Shown here piece by piece: positions 1 to 9,336 of a stretch of DNA of 30,342 bases; positions within the stretch are counted from its first letter, which is position 1; every line of letters begins with the position of its first letter. The position numbers and the translations under genes were made by a program. Source of the stretch: a candidate division WOR-3 bacterium (GTDB lineage: Bacteria; Hydrothermota; Hydrothermia; B15-G9; WFZT01); assembly GCA_027053075.1 (NCBI GenBank), contig JALUEE010000089.1, positions 1-30,342 of the forward strand, in the 5' to 3' direction. The notes under the pieces were generated by a model. The model saw nothing but the letters and a program-made list of their open reading frames with translations, was not told where the DNA came from and did not search any database.

Positions 1-126
1 TTTATGCTGGTTTGTGTTATAATCAGTCATAGTAGAACCTCCTTATGATGTAATTTTTGCCCCCAGGTCCTACGGACCTGGGGGAGTATTATATTGTACT
101 CCTTACACAAAATTATTCTAACACCC
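1..126 (-). mobile_element. Left end of an IS element (probably IS256 family), running off the window edge; contains SD and the first 10 codons (MTDYNTNQHK) of a putative transposase at 30..1
   Basis: Exact reverse complement of 30217-30342. The terminus GGGTGTTAGAATAATTTTGTGTAA resembles IS256-family IRs (TGTGTAA motif, from memory). AAGGAGG precedes ATG, and an 11-bp hairpin lies at 60-84. It interrupts an IS3 transposase. Family is inferred from the end only. Confidence 0.6.
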
Positions 127-423
127 AGCAGCAGGGGGTATTTGGAGTATTTAGATAGAAAAGGGATGAGAGCGAGCATGGGTGAAGTTGGGAATGCGTA
201 TGACAATGCGTACGCGGAGAGGGTGGTAGGAACGTTAAAGAGGGAATACGGATTGGAAGAAGTATTTAAGAGTGGGATAGGGGTTGCTGTGGAGGAGGCG
301 ATAGAGTTGTACAATGAGGAGAGGCCGCATCAGTCGTTGGGGTATGCGACGCCGAGTGAGGTGTACAGTGGGGAGGTAGAGATAGAGGGATTTGAGGTGA
401 AGAGAGGAGGTAGGCCATGCTGA
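127..423 (+). pseudogene. IS3-family transposase, C-terminal fragment
   Basis: ORF 94..423. The first 11 codons come from the inserted IS end; the rest carries the DDE Glu region (NAYAER) and the YN..RPH.SLGY.TP motif. Confidence 0.85.
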
Positions 424-467
424 GGGGAGTCCCCCTTTTAAATGTCAACACATTTCAGGACTTGACA
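127..467 (+). mobile_element. 3' remnant of an IS3-family IS (transposase C-terminus plus right terminal IR ending ...CTTGACA)
   Basis: Translation GNAYDNAYAERVVGTLKREY...YNEERPHQSLGYATPSE is a typical IS3/integrase-core C-terminus. Identity with the second copy (29992-30216) stops exactly at 467, defining a TG...CA end. Confidence 0.85.
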
Positions 468-484
468 TGTTTGACACCACTAAA

Positions 485-528
485 TTTACCCATTCCACCC
501 CAACCCTCCCTTCCAGAGGAAGGGAGGG
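485..528. repeat. REP-like palindromic repeat, intact copy
   Basis: TTTACCCATTCCACCCCAA followed by perfect hairpin CCCTCCCTTCC-AGA-GGAAGGGAGGG (504-528). The first 27 nt match 29094-29120 at 25/27. Confidence 0.7.
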
Positions 529-644
529 AATTCGCTACTTATCATGCTTGGAGAAATTTGTTTAACCTCTTTTTTCTGGTCAATCTATTCACTCGTAGCT
601 ATAAAATAACCAGGGGAACATTTTCGAACAGGCTCGGAGAGCCC

Positions 645-689
645 TTGACATAAATTGGGTTTGACGATATTGTTTTGACCTTATAGAAT
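645..689 (+). promoter_or_regulatory. Tandem sigma70-type promoters for the ORF708-rsfS-argS-rph operon
   Basis: TTGACA(645-650)-17-TATTGT and TTGACG(661-666)-17-TAGAAT(684-689); GGAGG SD before ATG 708. Confidence 0.6.
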
Positions 690-707
690 TCATGTGGAGG
701 GTATTTA

Positions 708-899
708 ATGGGCTCGATTGAGAGACTGATAGAACTCATTCAGGACATGGATGATCAGGAGTTAGAAATCCTGATCAAATTTGCCGAAATTTTAAAAGAG
801 GGGAGCGATGAAGAAAAACGACTCCTTCTCGACCTCGAAGGTTCCAGAGAATATGTTGACTGGAACCTCGTCAGATGGAAAGACCGGAATGAAAAATAA
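708..899 (+). CDS. Small acidic hypothetical protein (antitoxin-like)
   Basis: 63 aa, good SD and promoter, overlaps the rsfS start. The LIELIQDMDDQEL...EYVDW pattern is reminiscent of small antitoxins. Confidence 0.6.
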   Translation: MGSIERLIELIQDMDDQELEILIKFAEILKEGSDEEKRLLLDLEGSREYVDWNLVRWKDRNEK

Positions 900-1272
900 G
901 GAAGACCTCTTCGAACTTGCCACCCTTGCTGGTAAATTAGCTCTGGACAAAAAGGGAGAGGATGTTGTCATCCTCAAAATAGGTGAGGTATCCCCTTCTA
1001 TTGCCGAGTTTTTTGTCCTTGTTACGGGACACACAAAGGACCACCTTCAGGCAATAAGTGACTACATCGAGGAGAACCTCGATGGCAAACTCACCTTACA
1101 CCATGTTGAGGGGTACGAAACCGGCAGATGGGTGCTTTTAGACTTTGTGGATATCGTTGTCCACATTATGACAAAAGAAGCCAGAGAATACTACAGCCTC
1201 GAATTCATCTGGGCTGACGCACCTATACATAAACTGGGAGACAAAGATGAGCGAGATCAGGGAGAAACTTAA
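889..1272 (+). CDS. rsfS: Ribosome silencing factor RsfS (Iojap)
   Basis: DKKGEDVVIL, FFVLVTG, EG..GRWVLLDFVDIVVHIM...REYYSLEFIW signature. Start placed at ATG 889 rather than 808. Confidence 0.93.
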   Translation: MKNKEDLFELATLAGKLALDKKGEDVVILKIGEVSPSIAEFFVLVTGHTKDHLQAISDYIEENLDGKLTLHHVEGYETGRWVLLDFVDIVVHIMTKEAREYYSLEFIWADAPIHKLGDKDERDQGET

Positions 1273-2854
1273 ACATCAAATTGGTGAGTTTATTAAAAAG
1301 CGCTACGGAATTTCCCATGACCCTGTGATTTCCGCTGCAAAAGATAGCAGATTCGGGGATTACAGCGTCACATCTGCATTTTCCCTCGCAAAATTGCTGA
1401 AGAAAAATCCAGTGGAAATTGCCAATGAAATTGCCTCTCATGTAAAAGAGACCTTCTCCCGAGAAGTTGATGATGTAAATGTCGTGAATGGTTTCGTGAA
1501 TATAACCTTTTCGCCCCCCTTTCTCATGGAAATAGTGAGCTCGGCAGCCACAGGTGATTATGGAAGGTGCAATGCAGGGAATGGCCTTAAAGTTAACCTC
1601 GAATTTGTTTCTGCAAATCCCACAGGACCACTTAACGTTGTAAATGCGCGAGCCGCTGCAGTGGGGGATTCACTGAAGAAAATCATGCGTTTCTGTGGCT
1701 ACGATGCATGGTCTGAATATTACGTGAACGACGCTGGAGGGCAGATTCGGGCATTGAGGGAATCGGTTAAATGGCGCATGGGACTGAGAAGTGACCTGCC
1801 AGAGGACGGATACGGGGGAGAATATCTAATTCCCTATGCACAGGAACTCAAAAATCTCGGCATAACTAAGGATGAGGATATAGAGCGTGAGATTGTGGAA
1901 ATGATTCTATCAGACCAGATGAAAACCCTCGAAAGATTCCGGGTTAAATTTGATGTTATCACGCGAGAATCTTTTATCAGAAAATCAAAGTACCCAAAAA
2001 TCTTAGAGGAGAAACTGCGCGAGAAAGGGCTGATTTATGAAAAAGACGGAGCCGTGTATTTCAAGGCAACATCACTTGGCGGCATAGATGAGAAGGACAG
2101 GGTACTCGTGAGGAGTAATGGGGAACCCACGTATTTTTATTTTGACCTTGCCTATCACATTTACAAGTTTGATCGTGGATTTGAAAAAGTTGTGGATTTC
2201 TGGGGCCCTGACCATCACGGCTACATCCCCCGCATGAAAGCAGGCCTCAAGGCACTTGATCTCGATGATGAAAGGTTTGATGTAAAAATCATTCAGCAGG
2301 TGAATATCATCCGTGAGGGCAAGAAAGTCAGGATGTCCAAGCGCAAAGGAGAGCTTTATACCCTCAAGGAACTTCTCGACGAGGTGAATGTGGATGCGGC
2401 AAGATTTTTCTTTCTTCTCAGGTCCTATTCGTCCCATCTTGATTTCGATATTGACCTTGCGAAAGAAATTTCGGTCAAAAACCCTGTCTATTACGTCCAG
2501 TATGCGCATGCAAGGATTTCGAGTATATTCAAAAAGGCGGCAGCAAAGGGCGTGAGCGATAACAATGCAGACCTGGGACTTCTTACCACTCCAGAAGAAA
2601 GGCTGATAATGAGGGAGCTCCTCTTCTTCCCGGATGTTCTCGAGGAAATATCGGCAAAGCTGGAGCCCCATCTACTGACTTACTATCTCACCGGACTGGC
2701 CGAGAAATTTCATAATTACTATCAGAAACACACGGTGGCCGATCCTGCAAATCGGGAGCTCAGTGCAGCGAGGTTGAGGTTTGTGAAGGCCATTGCGAAT
2801 GTGATAAAGACGGGGCTCGAGCTAATCGGTGTAAGTGCACCGGAGGAGATGTAA
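1247..2854 (+). CDS. argS: Arginine--tRNA ligase
   Basis: FGDYS, LEFVSANPTGPL, EYYVNDAG, DLAYH, GPDHHGY, MSKRKG, YYVQYAHAR, GVSAPEEM. Confidence 0.97.
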   Translation: MSEIREKLKHQIGEFIKKRYGISHDPVISAAKDSRFGDYSVTSAFSLAKLLKKNPVEIANEIASHVKETFSREVDDVNVVNGFVNITFSPPFLMEIVSSAATGDYGRCNAGNGLKVNLEFVSANPTGPLNVVNARAAAVGDSLKKIMRFCGYDAWSEYYVNDAGGQIRALRESVKWRMGLRSDLPEDGYGGEYLIPYAQELKNLGITKDEDIEREIVEMILSDQMKTLERFRVKFDVITRESFIRKSKYPKILEEKLREKGLIYEKDGAVYFKATSLGGIDEKDRVLVRSNGEPTYFYFDLAYHIYKFDRGFEKVVDFWGPDHHGYIPRMKAGLKALDLDDERFDVKIIQQVNIIREGKKVRMSKRKGELYTLKELLDEVNVDAARFFFLLRSYSSHLDFDIDLAKEISVKNPVYYVQYAHARISSIFKKAAAKGVSDNNADLGLLTTPEERLIMRELLFFPDVLEEISAKLEPHLLTYYLTGLAEKFHNYYQKHTVADPANRELSAARLRFVKAIANVIKTGLELIGVSAPEEM

Positions 2855-3583
2855 ATGCCGGTAGAATGGAGGGATAAAACGAGTATCAGACCTGTGAAAA
2901 TCCACCGGGGGTATCTCAAGGACCCGGAAGGCTCAGTGCTATTTGAGATTGGGAACACAAAGGTTTTATGCACGGCAACAGTTCAGGACAGGGTGCCCAA
3001 TTTTCTAAAAGGAACCGGTGAGGGCTGGCTCACTGCGGAGTATGCCCTCCTACCTCGCTCCACACCCAAAAGGAATGTAAGAGAGGGTCGAACAGGACGG
3101 TACGATGCACGCTCTGTCGAAATATCGAGAATGATTGGCAGGGCCCTGAGGGGTGTGCTTGACCTCACCAAACTCAAGGATTATTCGATTATTATAGATT
3201 GTGATGTTTTGCAGGCAGACGGGGGCACGCGAACAGCCTCGATCACCGCGGGATTCTGTGCCCTGTACGATGCAATCCAGTTCATGCTCCGAAACGGTCT
3301 GATAAAGGAAAATCCGATAAAGGAGTTTTTAGCTGCCATTTCAGTGGGCAAAGTGGGGAATGACCTCCTGCTTGATCTATCCTACGAGGAGGACTTTCAG
3401 GCAGAGGTTGACCTGAACGTTGCAATGACGGAAAGTAAAAGGATTGTTGAAATTCAGGGAACTGCTGAGAAGAATCCATTTACTCCCGATGAATTAAACC
3501 AGATGGTCGAGCTTGCCTGGCAGGGTATAAAACAACTCATCACCATCCAAAAAGAAACGCTTTTAAAGCCACAGGAAATTTAG
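2855..3583 (+). CDS. rph: Ribonuclease PH
   Basis: GSVL..GNTKVLCTA, GWLTAEYALLPRST, EISRMIGRALR, DCDVLQADGGTRTASITA, EIQGTAE. Confidence 0.97.
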   Translation: MPVEWRDKTSIRPVKIHRGYLKDPEGSVLFEIGNTKVLCTATVQDRVPNFLKGTGEGWLTAEYALLPRSTPKRNVREGRTGRYDARSVEISRMIGRALRGVLDLTKLKDYSIIIDCDVLQADGGTRTASITAGFCALYDAIQFMLRNGLIKENPIKEFLAAISVGKVGNDLLLDLSYEEDFQAEVDLNVAMTESKRIVEIQGTAEKNPFTPDELNQMVELAWQGIKQLITIQKETLLKPQEI

Positions 3584-3772
3584 GGAAAATAGTGCAGGTT
3601 AATTTCGCTCTAAAATTCTCTTGACGGTTTATTCCCCTTTTGATGCCTCAAATCAAAAGGAAACCTTGGCCCCGCTTTTGTAACCTGTATCAACATCATA
3701 AATTCTCGCACCAAGGTCTCGGTAAACTGGAAAATTTATCCCAATAACACCACATATCAAACATACTAAAAC

Positions 3773-3837
3773 TTGCCATCATACATTTTGTCCATTAATA
3801 TAACTGTACTGGACAAAAATTATAAAATTTGTCCAGT
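3773..3837 (+). promoter_or_regulatory. Putative promoter with three TTTGTCCA operator-like boxes upstream of the AAA+ gene
   Basis: TTGCCA(3773-3778)-17-TAATAT. Boxes at 3787-3794, 3810-3817 (inverted) and 3828-3835. ACTGGACAAA/TTTGTCCAGT is a perfect 10-bp IR. Confidence 0.5.
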
Positions 3838-3846
3838 TAAAAAATT

Positions 3847-5103
3847 ATGAAGGACATCATACTCAGGCAAAAATTTGAAAGAGACAGGTTTCTTTCACGA
3901 GAGTACGTTCCCCGTGAAAAACTGAATTATGCCAAACAGTGGCTAGACTCTGACCTTGTTAAAGTTATAGTCGGTCCACGAAGGGCCGGGAAATCCACCT
4001 TCGCATTTATGCTTCTTAAAAATATCCCCTTCATGTACTTCAATTTCGATGAGGAAATAACACATGATCTCGAAGATACAGACAGGCTTATGGAAAACCT
4101 ACATGCGGTTTATGGTGACCTCAGAACTGTATTTCTTGACGAAATCCAGAATCTTCCCCGATGGGAACTTTTCATAAACAGACTGCATAGAGAGGGATAT
4201 AACGTAATACTAACGGGTTCAAATGCCAGGTTGTTGAGCACCGAAATAGCCACAGCGCTCACTGGAAGGCATATTCCCATTGAAATCATGCCCTTTAATT
4301 TCAGAGAATTCCTGAGTGCTCGTGGAGTTACAATTGATACTGAAGAACTAATCCTACCCCATAATAAGGGGACGCTATTAAAATTGGTTGATGAGTTTTT
4401 GTTGAATGGTGGATTCCCTGAAGTTGTGCTTAAAAACTTTGATCCGTTTGATTATTTGCGGATATTGTTTGAATCGATTGTATTCAAAGACATCGTAAGA
4501 AGGTACAATGTGAGATTCCCCAATCAAATAGTGTCTCTTGCCGAATATCTTATTAACAATTTCGCTCGTTATTACACATCGAGAAAAATTAAAAATGTTC
4601 TCGAAATGAGGAGTGTTACTACAGTAGAGAAGTATCTTTCCTATCTGGAGGATGCCTTTTTATTTGTGTATCTCAAACGATTCAATTACAAGCCTTCCAC
4701 CAGGATAAAATCCCCACGGAAGGTATATGTTATAGATAATGGCTACATAATTGCCAAGTCCTTAAGATTTTCAAAAGACCATGGCAGACTAATGGAAAAT
4801 CTGGTTTTTACTGAACTTATGAAGCGCGGTGTCAAACAGTTATTTTACTACAATACAAGGAATCGCAAAGAGATTGACTTTGTAATTAAAAGAGGGATAC
4901 GGGACTATTCATTGTTGCAGGTTTCTTATGATGTATCTTCTCCAGACACGCTAAGCAGGGAAATCAAAGCTCTTGTTGAAGCGAGCGAAGAGCTTAATTC
5001 ATGGGAACTCGTAATACTAACATGGGATGAAGAAAAAGAGGAAAAGAAAAAAGGAAAAACTATAAAATTCATCCCCCTCTGGAAATGGTTACTTGGAAGA
5101 TAA
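3847..5103 (+). CDS. AAA+ ATPase (AAA_14) with C-terminal DUF4143 / PD-(D/E)XK-like domain
   Basis: Walker A GPRRAGKST, Walker B VFLDEIQ, LTGSNA, LTGR, GGFPE, KVYVIDNG, ENLVF, KEIDFV...QVSY. Confidence 0.9.
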   Translation: MKDIILRQKFERDRFLSREYVPREKLNYAKQWLDSDLVKVIVGPRRAGKSTFAFMLLKNIPFMYFNFDEEITHDLEDTDRLMENLHAVYGDLRTVFLDEIQNLPRWELFINRLHREGYNVILTGSNARLLSTEIATALTGRHIPIEIMPFNFREFLSARGVTIDTEELILPHNKGTLLKLVDEFLLNGGFPEVVLKNFDPFDYLRILFESIVFKDIVRRYNVRFPNQIVSLAEYLINNFARYYTSRKIKNVLEMRSVTTVEKYLSYLEDAFLFVYLKRFNYKPSTRIKSPRKVYVIDNGYIIAKSLRFSKDHGRLMENLVFTELMKRGVKQLFYYNTRNRKEIDFVIKRGIRDYSLLQVSYDVSSPDTLSREIKALVEASEELNSWELVILTWDEEKEEKKKGKTIKFIPLWKWLLGR

Positions 5104-5187
5104 TGTAACCTCCCTAAAAATTGACAATTTCCTCACCTCTCTATCTGCTTATAACCATCTAAACAGCATTGATGTAGAGTTTTTAGA

Positions 5188-6837
5188 TTATGTTGCCTTT
5201 ATCACTCTCCCGTTTTCTACAAAATAAATCCTGTCCCACCTGTATCTATTTTCAAGTGGTGTGTGGGAGGATATGACGAGTGTTTCAACACTTCTAAAAA
5301 TCTCATCCAATACTTTCCTTCCTGTTCCCTCATCGAGGTGTGATACAGGCTCGTCCATTATCAATAGCTCGGGCTTCGAATAAATTGCCCTCGCAATTCC
5401 AATTCTCTGAATCTCACCACCTGATAGATTCACATTATCTTCTCCAACAATGCTCAGAGCTCCCTTACTCAATTTATCAATAAATTCACTCACCCTCGAA
5501 ATCCTTATGGCACGATTCCAGAGCTCATCATCGTAATCCCTACCAATCAGTATGTTGTCCTTTATTGACACGCTAAAAAGTGGGACACTTTGAGGCACAT
5601 ATCCGACTTTCTTCATGAATTCATCATTGTCCATTTCACCAGGTTCCACACCGAAAAGCCGTACGTTTCCGGCCGCTGGAAGATATGTCCCCAGCATGAG
5701 GAGTATCAAACTGCTTTTTCCGGCACCTGTTTGGCCCTTTATCAATATTTTCTCTCCCCTCTCTACCTCAAAGGTTACATTATCAAGTATGATTTTATTC
5801 CCTGCTTTGAGTGTTACATCCCTTACCTGAATAATCTTTCCATCAACTTCCGAGGCCCTTCTGGAGGTTCGTTTCTCTTCATCATGTAAAAACTGATAAA
5901 TCTTATCGACTGAAGAAGAAATTTTATTCAGGGACAGGCCAAGGTTAAACAATCCGACGATCTGGGGCTGGAGCATATTAATGTAAGTCAGATATGCGAC
6001 AAGTGATCCAAGAGTCCACATTTTTTCCATCACCATGTAGCCACCCAATCCGAGAACCAGTATTACCTCTATTCCCCTTATCATCAGTTCGGCAAGAACA
6101 CCTCCCCGAGATTGAAATTCGTACAACTTTGCATTTGACTTTCGGTAATCTTCAGATGCCTTTCTGTGGAGCTCTAAAAACCATCTATCCAGCCTCATTG
6201 AAAGCACTTCACGGAGGTGATTCACAAAATCATTGATGACACTCAAAATCCTGCCCATACTTTTCCTGAAAATTCTGGACTGAAGTTTTACCTTCCTGTT
6301 GAATGCCTTGAGGAAAATGGGCACAAATAGGGAAAAGGGGAGAACGACAAGGGTTAACTTCCAGTTTAAATAAAGCAAAAAAGCCGCTGAAATCACAAAG
6401 TAAAAAATTCTTCTCACGGCAAGCATCAGGGAATTGCTGAGGAAATTTTCTATGATATGGATATCATCGTTTAAAATACCCATCAGATCACCTTTTTTCA
6501 GGTTTACAAACTTTGAATACGGCAGGCTAAGCGCTTTTTTCAGTATGCTTTCCTGAATATCTGTGTAAATTCTGCTTTCAAAGACAACCTGCGTATAGTA
6601 GGTTAAAAAATCCAGGGACTGCCGGAGGATAAAGACTCCCATAAAAGCTAAAACAAATAGAATTAGATAGTGAACAGAACCCGATGGAATAACCCTGTCA
6701 ATCAATATTTTGAAAAACATGGGCTCAATAAGAACAGTTACAGTCAGTAAAAGTGCAAGAATTATGATTACAGTCTGATATAACCAGAATTTCCTGATAT
6801 TTTTTGAAATTGACAATAAATTTTTAATCAGCAACAT
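5188..6837 (-). CDS. ABC exporter, fused permease/ATP-binding protein
   Basis: N-terminal TM domain; GQTGAGKS, YVPQ, LSGGEIQRIGIARA, LLIMDEPVSHLD, SH switch. Start ATG 6837 (alternative TTG 6858). Confidence 0.9.
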   Translation of the reverse strand: MLLIKNLLSISKNIRKFWLYQTVIIILALLLTVTVLIEPMFFKILIDRVIPSGSVHYLILFVLAFMGVFILRQSLDFLTYYTQVVFESRIYTDIQESILKKALSLPYSKFVNLKKGDLMGILNDDIHIIENFLSNSLMLAVRRIFYFVISAAFLLYLNWKLTLVVLPFSLFVPIFLKAFNRKVKLQSRIFRKSMGRILSVINDFVNHLREVLSMRLDRWFLELHRKASEDYRKSNAKLYEFQSRGGVLAELMIRGIEVILVLGLGGYMVMEKMWTLGSLVAYLTYINMLQPQIVGLFNLGLSLNKISSSVDKIYQFLHDEEKRTSRRASEVDGKIIQVRDVTLKAGNKIILDNVTFEVERGEKILIKGQTGAGKSSLILLMLGTYLPAAGNVRLFGVEPGEMDNDEFMKKVGYVPQSVPLFSVSIKDNILIGRDYDDELWNRAIRISRVSEFIDKLSKGALSIVGEDNVNLSGGEIQRIGIARAIYSKPELLIMDEPVSHLDEGTGRKVLDEIFRSVETLVISSHTPLENRYRWDRIYFVENGRVIKAT

Positions 6838-7004
6838 CTGTTTTCCCCAGTTATTCAAGAAAATGAGTTTACGGTTTTTACAATATTATCTTCATCGAAG
6901 TTAACGGAAATTTGGTCGTTATTATTTACTACACTTTTTAAATATTCAATTCTATAAAAACCTGTTCGTAAAATTTCAATTTATCTGAAATTTTGAAAGA
7001 AATT

Positions 7005-7031
7005 CTCCCCACGCACTTTGTGCGTGGGGAG
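7005..7031. repeat. Perfect GC-rich hairpin, possible terminator of the minus-strand operon
   Basis: CTCCCCACGCAC-TTT-GTGCGTGGGGAG, ~85 bp past the AI-2E stop; followed on the minus strand by AATTTCTTT. Confidence 0.6.
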
Positions 7032-7117
7032 TGATGTAGGTGCTGGAAATTTTTCCCAAATCAACTTGTATAAAAGATGAGAAAAAGCCTCTCAAGATGG
7101 GAAAACCCCCAGTTAAT

Positions 7118-8269
7118 CTACTGCTCAGGTGTTTGCTTCGGGCTTTTGAAATAAAGGCCTTTGATTACTGCGGCTGTGGGGACAGCGAGGAGAAACCCGA
7201 GTGGGCCGAAAAATTTCGCACCGATCAGGATAGAGATTAAAATGATCAAAGGATGGAGTCCCACACTTCCACCGATAACCTTGGGTGAAATAACGGTACT
7301 CTCAAGTAACTGAACGACCACAAAGACCACTGTGACTTTGAAAACCCCGGATAATGGGTTCGGCTCGAGCAATCCAAGAATTATTGCGATAAAGTAACTG
7401 AGCCAGAAGCCAAGAGTTGGTACCAGATTAAATAGTCCTGCAAAGACACCGATGATGATGAAAAAGTCTATTCCTAAAATTCCAAGAAACGCCGCTGTCA
7501 GAAGCCCCACAATAAAGGCGTCAATCAACTGTCCCCTGAAGTATTTTCTCAAAATCTCCGCAATCTCGGTGAATACAAGATGGGCACGTTCGTTTCTGAC
7601 AAAAAGCTCAAAAGTCTTATTTTTGATTTTATCGTAATCCACAAGGGTGTAAAACGTAACGATGATTGACAGTATGAAATAAAACACATAGGTGGCAACG
7701 ACGGTCGCGGATTTGTAAAACGACGGCAATCTCTTTACAAATTCGCCCATAATAGTCCCGATATCAGGTAAGTTTTCAAAGACCTTTTTCAGAGCATCAT
7801 ATTTTGAGAATTTTTCAAGTGCCTGAGCTCTCAATTTCAGGAGAAATCCCGGCAACTTGGTGGTAAAAATGCTCAACTCCTTTGAGAATTGATGTCCCAC
7901 GTAAACCCCGATAAGAGTAAGCAACCCGAGAAACAGACTCAGGATTAAAATAGAAGTGAAGACCCGTGGAACGCGGTATTTTTCAAGTCTATCCACGAGG
8001 GGGGAGAGCAGGAAAGCGACCAGGAGCCCTAGACCAAAAGGGAAAAGCACATTTTTTAGCTTGGAGAGAAGTAAAAACAGAAAGAATGAAAGGGCAATAA
8101 CAAAGAGTGTGTTAGCAGTTGGATTTTCCCTTGCAAGGTAAAAGAGATACGCGGCAAGGCCGGAATACAGGATAGCAAGGTATTCAAGGGGAAAACCAAG
8201 ATAAATAGAGAGTATCAGAAGGATAAGCGCAGAAATGAAAAAGGCGATATTTTCAGTTGTTCTGGTCAT
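7118..8269 (-). CDS. AI-2E (PerM/UPF0118) family transporter
   Basis: AFLLSPLVDRLE, YFRGQL, NLVPTLG, QLLESTVISPKVIGGSVGLHP, GFLLAVP. Confidence 0.92.
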   Translation of the reverse strand: MTRTTENIAFFISALILLILSIYLGFPLEYLAILYSGLAAYLFYLARENPTANTLFVIALSFFLFLLLSKLKNVLFPFGLGLLVAFLLSPLVDRLEKYRVPRVFTSILILSLFLGLLTLIGVYVGHQFSKELSIFTTKLPGFLLKLRAQALEKFSKYDALKKVFENLPDIGTIMGEFVKRLPSFYKSATVVATYVFYFILSIIVTFYTLVDYDKIKNKTFELFVRNERAHLVFTEIAEILRKYFRGQLIDAFIVGLLTAAFLGILGIDFFIIIGVFAGLFNLVPTLGFWLSYFIAIILGLLEPNPLSGVFKVTVVFVVVQLLESTVISPKVIGGSVGLHPLIILISILIGAKFFGPLGFLLAVPTAAVIKGLYFKSPKQTPEQ

Positions 8270-9336
8270 CTTAGATATTTTAAAGGATTAACAGCCCGCC
8301 CCCTAACTCTAATCTCAAAGTGCAAAACAGGGTCGTAGGGGGAAAGCTCACCTATAACCTCCCCCTGATTCACAATTTGCCCCTTCTTCACGAGAATTTT
8401 ATCGAGATTGGCATAGACTGTGTAAACCTTACCATGCTCGAGAATGACCACCCCTCTGTATGTGATAAAAGGCCCCGAATAGACCACAACACCGTCTCTT
8501 GACGCAACAACCTCTGCACCCGGTTTCGCCTTGATATCAATCCCTATGTTGTTAACCTTCGTGCCGTATTTAGGATGAACAACTACCCCAAATTTTGATA
8601 TAACTCTTCCCCTTACAGGCCAGATATAAGTCTTGCTCTTCGAAACATAAACCCGCTTCCTGGGCCTTTTCTCAATTTTGTTGAGTAATTTCTCCAATCG
8701 TTTCTTTGCAAGCTCGAGCCTTTTGATTCTGTACTTTTTCAACTCCTCGCGGTTTTTGATTTTCTTCAAAAGAGCCCTCTTTTCTCTTTTCTTCCGGGCG
8801 AGCTGGTTGCGCCGATAAGTGATATCCTTTTCAATCTTCGTAACTTCTACAAGTTGCTGACGTAAGAGTTCCTTCTTTTTCTTCAGTTCTTTGAGGTCTG
8901 AGGCTACCTGTTCGTATAACCTCTTCTCCTTTGTAAGAATGAAGTTGTAAATCTTTGCCCTTCTGTAAGACTCATAAGGGTTCCTGCCCTGAAGGATGAT
9001 TTCGAGTAGATTGGGCTCTCCATACTTGTACAGCCTGACAAGATAGGTTTTCAAAACCGTCTGTTTATACGTCAAATCGGTCTGCAAACTGTCTATATCT
9101 CCCTTGAGCCTTTTTATGGATCTTCTCAGGCTATCCTCCTGCTCCCTTTGGGTTTCGAGCATGTTTTCAAGAATGTCAAGCTGGCGGTCAATTACGCGAA
9201 TCTGCTTTATCACTCCCTTCTTCTGTCGCTGAATCTGAACAAGCTCTTTGTGGAGCTTCTTCAGTTCCCTTTCGTATTTTCTGATTTTCGCCTGATAGGA
9301 CGATGTCGCAAGGAGAAGGATGAGAATGAGCTTCAT
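8266..9336 (-). CDS. envC: Murein hydrolase activator EnvC-like (coiled coil plus degenerate M23 domain)
   Basis: Signal peptide, long coiled coil, WPVRG, GIDI, LHFEIR..NPLKYL. Zn ligands are degenerate (NIGID, YANL). Directly follows ftsEX. Confidence 0.85.
   Translation of the reverse strand: MKLILILLLATSSYQAKIRKYERELKKLHKELVQIQRQKKGVIKQIRVIDRQLDILENMLETQREQEDSLRRSIKRLKGDIDSLQTDLTYKQTVLKTYLVRLYKYGEPNLLEIILQGRNPYESYRRAKIYNFILTKEKRLYEQVASDLKELKKKKELLRQQLVEVTKIEKDITYRRNQLARKKREKRALLKKIKNREELKKYRIKRLELAKKRLEKLLNKIEKRPRKRVYVSKSKTYIWPVRGRVISKFGVVVHPKYGTKVNNIGIDIKAKPGAEVVASRDGVVVYSGPFITYRGVVILEHGKVYTVYANLDKILVKKGQIVNQGEVIGELSPYDPVLHFEIRVRGRAVNPLKYLR

Noticed and set aside
808..888. N-terminal extension of RsfS
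   Set aside because: Overlaps the better-supported ORF 708-899; the RsfS fold begins near ATG 889.
2072..2671. 199-aa minus-strand ORF
   Set aside because: Antisense shadow inside argS.
3636..3660. CCTTTTGAT/ATCAAAAGG hairpin after rph as a terminator
   Set aside because: Weak AT-rich stem with no U-tract; not supportable.
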